From Longimicrobiales bacterium (GTDB taxonomy: Bacteria; Gemmatimonadota; Gemmatimonadetes; Longimicrobiales; Gaopeijiaceae), in assembly GCA_965248195.1 (NCBI GenBank), contig CBDFIQ010000002.1, positions 1,472,001 through 1,536,000 of the forward strand: DNA of 64,000 nucleotides, in the 5' to 3' direction. The position numbers and the translations under genes are program-made. Shown piece after piece: positions 61,406 through 64,000 of the stretch; positions within the stretch are counted from its first letter, which is position 1, and each line of letters begins with the position of its first letter. Under the pieces are notes generated by a model. That model saw only the letters and a program-made list of their open reading frames with translations. It did not search any database and was not told the DNA's origin.

Positions 61406-61617
61406 GGGTTGGAAGGCTCTTAGCGGTCTCCAGAGGTTCGTCCTTTCCGTTCGCTCGAGTCTTTAGCGGGTGGATTGGCCAGGGTTGAAGGGCCGCATCC
61501 GTCCTGATTCTTCGTCGACAGCGGTCCCTCCAAGGGTCTGTCGGCCGGAAGTCCTTGTGCTGCAATTGAAGCGGATCGAAGTGGGTGGGGGCTGACAGGC
61601 GCAGCGCTTTCGGCCCC

Positions 61618-62448
61618 TCACGACCCCTCCGCCCGCACCAGCTCGAACTCTCTCGCCACCGAGCTGAAGGCGCTGAACACGCCCAGCCCGCCCCGGATGT
61701 TGCTCGGGGGTTCGTTCAGATCGCGCGAGTCCTGCACGCGGTTGTTGTACAGGTCCGTGTATTCCTGGTTGACCCGGTAGACGATCGCGCGGTGGCGGCC
61801 CAGATGCTCGAGCTGCTGGAGCCCGATCGCATGGAAGTTCTCCTCCGTCGGGGCGCTCCGTATGCGGAATCTGCCCACACCTTGGCGGATGAAGTCGGGA
61901 AAGATCGATTCGGCCTCGGGGTCCATCCCCTCAACGTCGACGAAGTGCAGGCTGGCGTCCGGGTTCTCCCAGGTCACCGTGACCTGTAACGTCCGGAGCA
62001 CCCCCGGTTGGAATCTCCCGGGCGTGAGTTCGGGCACTTCCAACCTGTACCTGTCGAGTTCCACGCCATCCGGGGGTCCGGGAACAGCAGTCTGACCGGT
62101 CGCGGTGCGCCCGAACGCCTCGACTTCGATGCGGAAGACGTCGCCTTCGCGCACCTCCAGATCGTCGCCTGGATAGCCGTAGGTCCCAGGCTCTTCCAAC
62201 CGGGACAGAAGCCACCGCTCGGGGCCGCGTACGAGGGCCACAATGGCGTCGTCGACGGTGGCCGCGAGGGCCGGATCCTCGCCCAACGGAACAGTCTGGG
62301 TCAGCCGGACATGATCCACGGGCTCGCCCGCGAAAAGGAACGCCTCGACCACCACCTGGCGGGTCTCGTCGTCCGGACCGGTCATGGGGTCCGAGCAAGC
62401 GAGCAAGCCAGTCAGTGCAACGAGAATGCCGAGCTTGCCGGTGTTCAT
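61618..62448 (-). CDS. DUF4249-like lipoprotein
   Basis: GGGAGG RBS, lipobox LLAC, VVVEAFL and C-terminal PSNIRGGLGVFSA; downstream of a TonB receptor. Confidence 0.8.
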   Translation of the reverse strand: MNTGKLGILVALTGLLACSDPMTGPDDETRQVVVEAFLFAGEPVDHVRLTQTVPLGEDPALAATVDDAIVALVRGPERWLLSRLEEPGTYGYPGDDLEVREGDVFRIEVEAFGRTATGQTAVPGPPDGVELDRYRLEVPELTPGRFQPGVLRTLQVTVTWENPDASLHFVDVEGMDPEAESIFPDFIRQGVGRFRIRSAPTEENFHAIGLQQLEHLGRHRAIVYRVNQEYTDLYNNRVQDSRDLNEPPSNIRGGLGVFSAFSSVAREFELVRAEGS

Positions 62449-62467
62449 GTTCGTCCTCCCTGCGGTT

Positions 62468-64000
62468 CTATCGGTTGAAGCGGACGGACAGGTTGAGGAC
62501 CCGTCCGACATAGTTGACATCGGTGACGATGGCGGGGGTCGTGTCGAGTTCGAACTGGCGATACCATACGTTGGCGCGGTCGTAGGCGTTGAACACGGAC
62601 AGGCCCACGTCACCGCCGTAGTCGCCGAGCGAGAACCGGTAGCGCGCGCTGAGGTCCAGGCGATGATAGGCCGGCAGCCGCAGCCCGTTCTTGGCGCTGA
62701 CGTCGATGTAGCTGAACGCGTTGCCGTCGAGCAGTTCCACGCTGTATTCGCTCTGGGGCGCCGTGTACGGCGTGCCCGACCCGTACGTCCATGTCGAAGC
62801 CAGGTCCCAGCGCCCGAGCGACAGCGTTCCAACGGTTTTGAGTTCGTGAAGCTGGTCGTGAAGCGCGGGGAACGAGTTTCCGTCGTTCAGATCCGGGAAG
62901 GTGTTGCGCGCCTCGGCCAGCGTATAGGAAATCCAGCCGGTGAAGGCGCCGAACTTCTTCTGGGCGAGGAACTCCGCGCCTTGCGCCGTCCCTTGCCCCG
63001 CGAAGAACAGGTTGAGCGGGTCGATGTTGTTGCGCATGAACCTCAGTGAGAACTCCGATAGCCCCGTCGTCTCCTTGCGGTACAGCTCGACATCAAAGAG
63101 GTAGCTGTCGGTCTCGTACGACACTCCGGCAACCACGTGGTCCGCGGCGGTGACGTCGATCAGGTCTCCGTCGGCGAGCAGCCAGAAGTCGCGCGAGCCT
63201 TCGGTGATGTTCTCGTTGACCACCCGGTTGACGAACTGGTGGTAGCGTCCGGCAGCCGCCTTGAGTGTCACCCGGTCGGTCAGAGACACCCGCGCCGAGG
63301 CCCGCGGCTCCAGGTAGCTCTTCGCGGCAGCCTGGTCGTAGGAGATGCGGCCTCCCGCCGTGAGCGAGAAGCGATCCGTGACGTTCCAGGTGTCCTGCGC
63401 GTAGGCCTCCACCCGCGTGGACGACTGGGTTTGGTCCAGGATCGGGATGCTGTCGTCCCTCACGTAGCGGTAGTCGGCGTCGGTCGTGCTGAACCACCCG
63501 CCGAAGTGCAGTCTGTGCTCGGGCGAGAGCCTCCACTCGCTGTCGGCGCGCAGGGTCAGATCGGCGAGAAAGTTGTCTTCGGCAGACCGAAGGTCGCGCG
63601 TGAGTGTGGCTTCGGATGTCTCCGGATCGGAGATCGTCACCTGAGTGTTGCGTCCGTAGTCCGAGGTGTACTCGGAGTAGGCGGCGAGAACGCTGCTGGT
63701 GAGCCCACTCGCCCACTGCCGGCCCCAGCGTCCCGACAGGCCGCGGTTGCCCCACTCGGTCAGGTCGCCGATGGCGGTGTTGAAGTTCTGGTCGCCGGCC
63801 TGGCCCCTGGGCGTGAACGACAGGGATCGCTCCTGCGACTTGTCCAGGTAGTCGCGTCCCCCGTAGAGGGTGAAGGAGACGACATCCCGGTCTCCGGGCA
63901 GGTAGGTGAGCTTGGCGTTGAAGTCGTAGAAGTAGGACTCGGGTGTGGCGGCGTCCTGATTCGCCGAGCCGAAGCCGCGTCCGCCTCCTGGTCCTCCTCC
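62468..64000 (-). CDS. TonB-dependent receptor (5' part outside window)
   Basis: AYAQDTW, EPR, YGSGTPYT, RLPAYHRLDL and SVFNAYDRAN motifs. The frame appears to continue past the window end. Confidence 0.9.
   Translation of the reverse strand, partial: GGGPGGGRGFGSANQDAATPESYFYDFNAKLTYLPGDRDVVSFTLYGGRDYLDKSQERSLSFTPRGQAGDQNFNTAIGDLTEWGNRGLSGRWGRQWASGLTSSVLAAYSEYTSDYGRNTQVTISDPETSEATLTRDLRSAEDNFLADLTLRADSEWRLSPEHRLHFGGWFSTTDADYRYVRDDSIPILDQTQSSTRVEAYAQDTWNVTDRFSLTAGGRISYDQAAAKSYLEPRASARVSLTDRVTLKAAAGRYHQFVNRVVNENITEGSRDFWLLADGDLIDVTAADHVVAGVSYETDSYLFDVELYRKETTGLSEFSLRFMRNNIDPLNLFFAGQGTAQGAEFLAQKKFGAFTGWISYTLAEARNTFPDLNDGNSFPALHDQLHELKTVGTLSLGRWDLASTWTYGSGTPYTAPQSEYSVELLDGNAFSYIDVSAKNGLRLPAYHRLDLSARYRFSLGDYGGDVGLSVFNAYDRANVWYRQFELDTTPAIVTDVNYVGRVLNLSVRFNR

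Overview
High-GC bacterial chromosome segment. The gene content (VPS10/BNR-repeat proteins, GlnRS-YqeY fusion, DUF4249 lipoprotein with a TonB receptor, prepilin clusters) suggests a Gemmatimonadota-like diderm; this is an inference. 1-12.6 kb: two convergent type IV minor-pilin operons (FimT-, PilV-, PilW- and PilX-like), each behind a sigma54 (-24/-12) promoter. The minus-strand operon is an expanded array of duplicated, partly decayed pilV/pilW/pilX cassettes. 13-42 kb: mostly housekeeping genes (DUF92 protein, Na+/solute symporter, glnS, phosphatase, rho with a disordered N-terminus, tesA-ybbA-ybbP, thiol-disulfide proteins, aminotransferase, DUF1326/DUF2182, VPS10 protein, proline dehydrogenase, MFS, methyltransferases). 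42.3-50.7 kb: a compact integrative element carrying a tyrosine integrase, Xis-like HTH, replication-relaxation-like protein, ArdC, a broken VirB11-like ATPase, a VirD4-like coupling protein, a nested hairpin and an amber-interrupted lead gene. It has no VirB4 or other mating-pair genes and truncates a methyltransferase. 51-57.3 kb: an ECF sigma / TolC / MacAB-like efflux operon. 57.3-61.4 kb: a patchwork of IS3 and IS256 remnants around selO, including a 49-bp relic of the same virD4-like gene. The window ends in a DUF4249 lipoprotein and a partial TonB-dependent receptor. No complete tRNA, rRNA or CRISPR array was seen. All family calls come from motifs read by eye; no searches were run.
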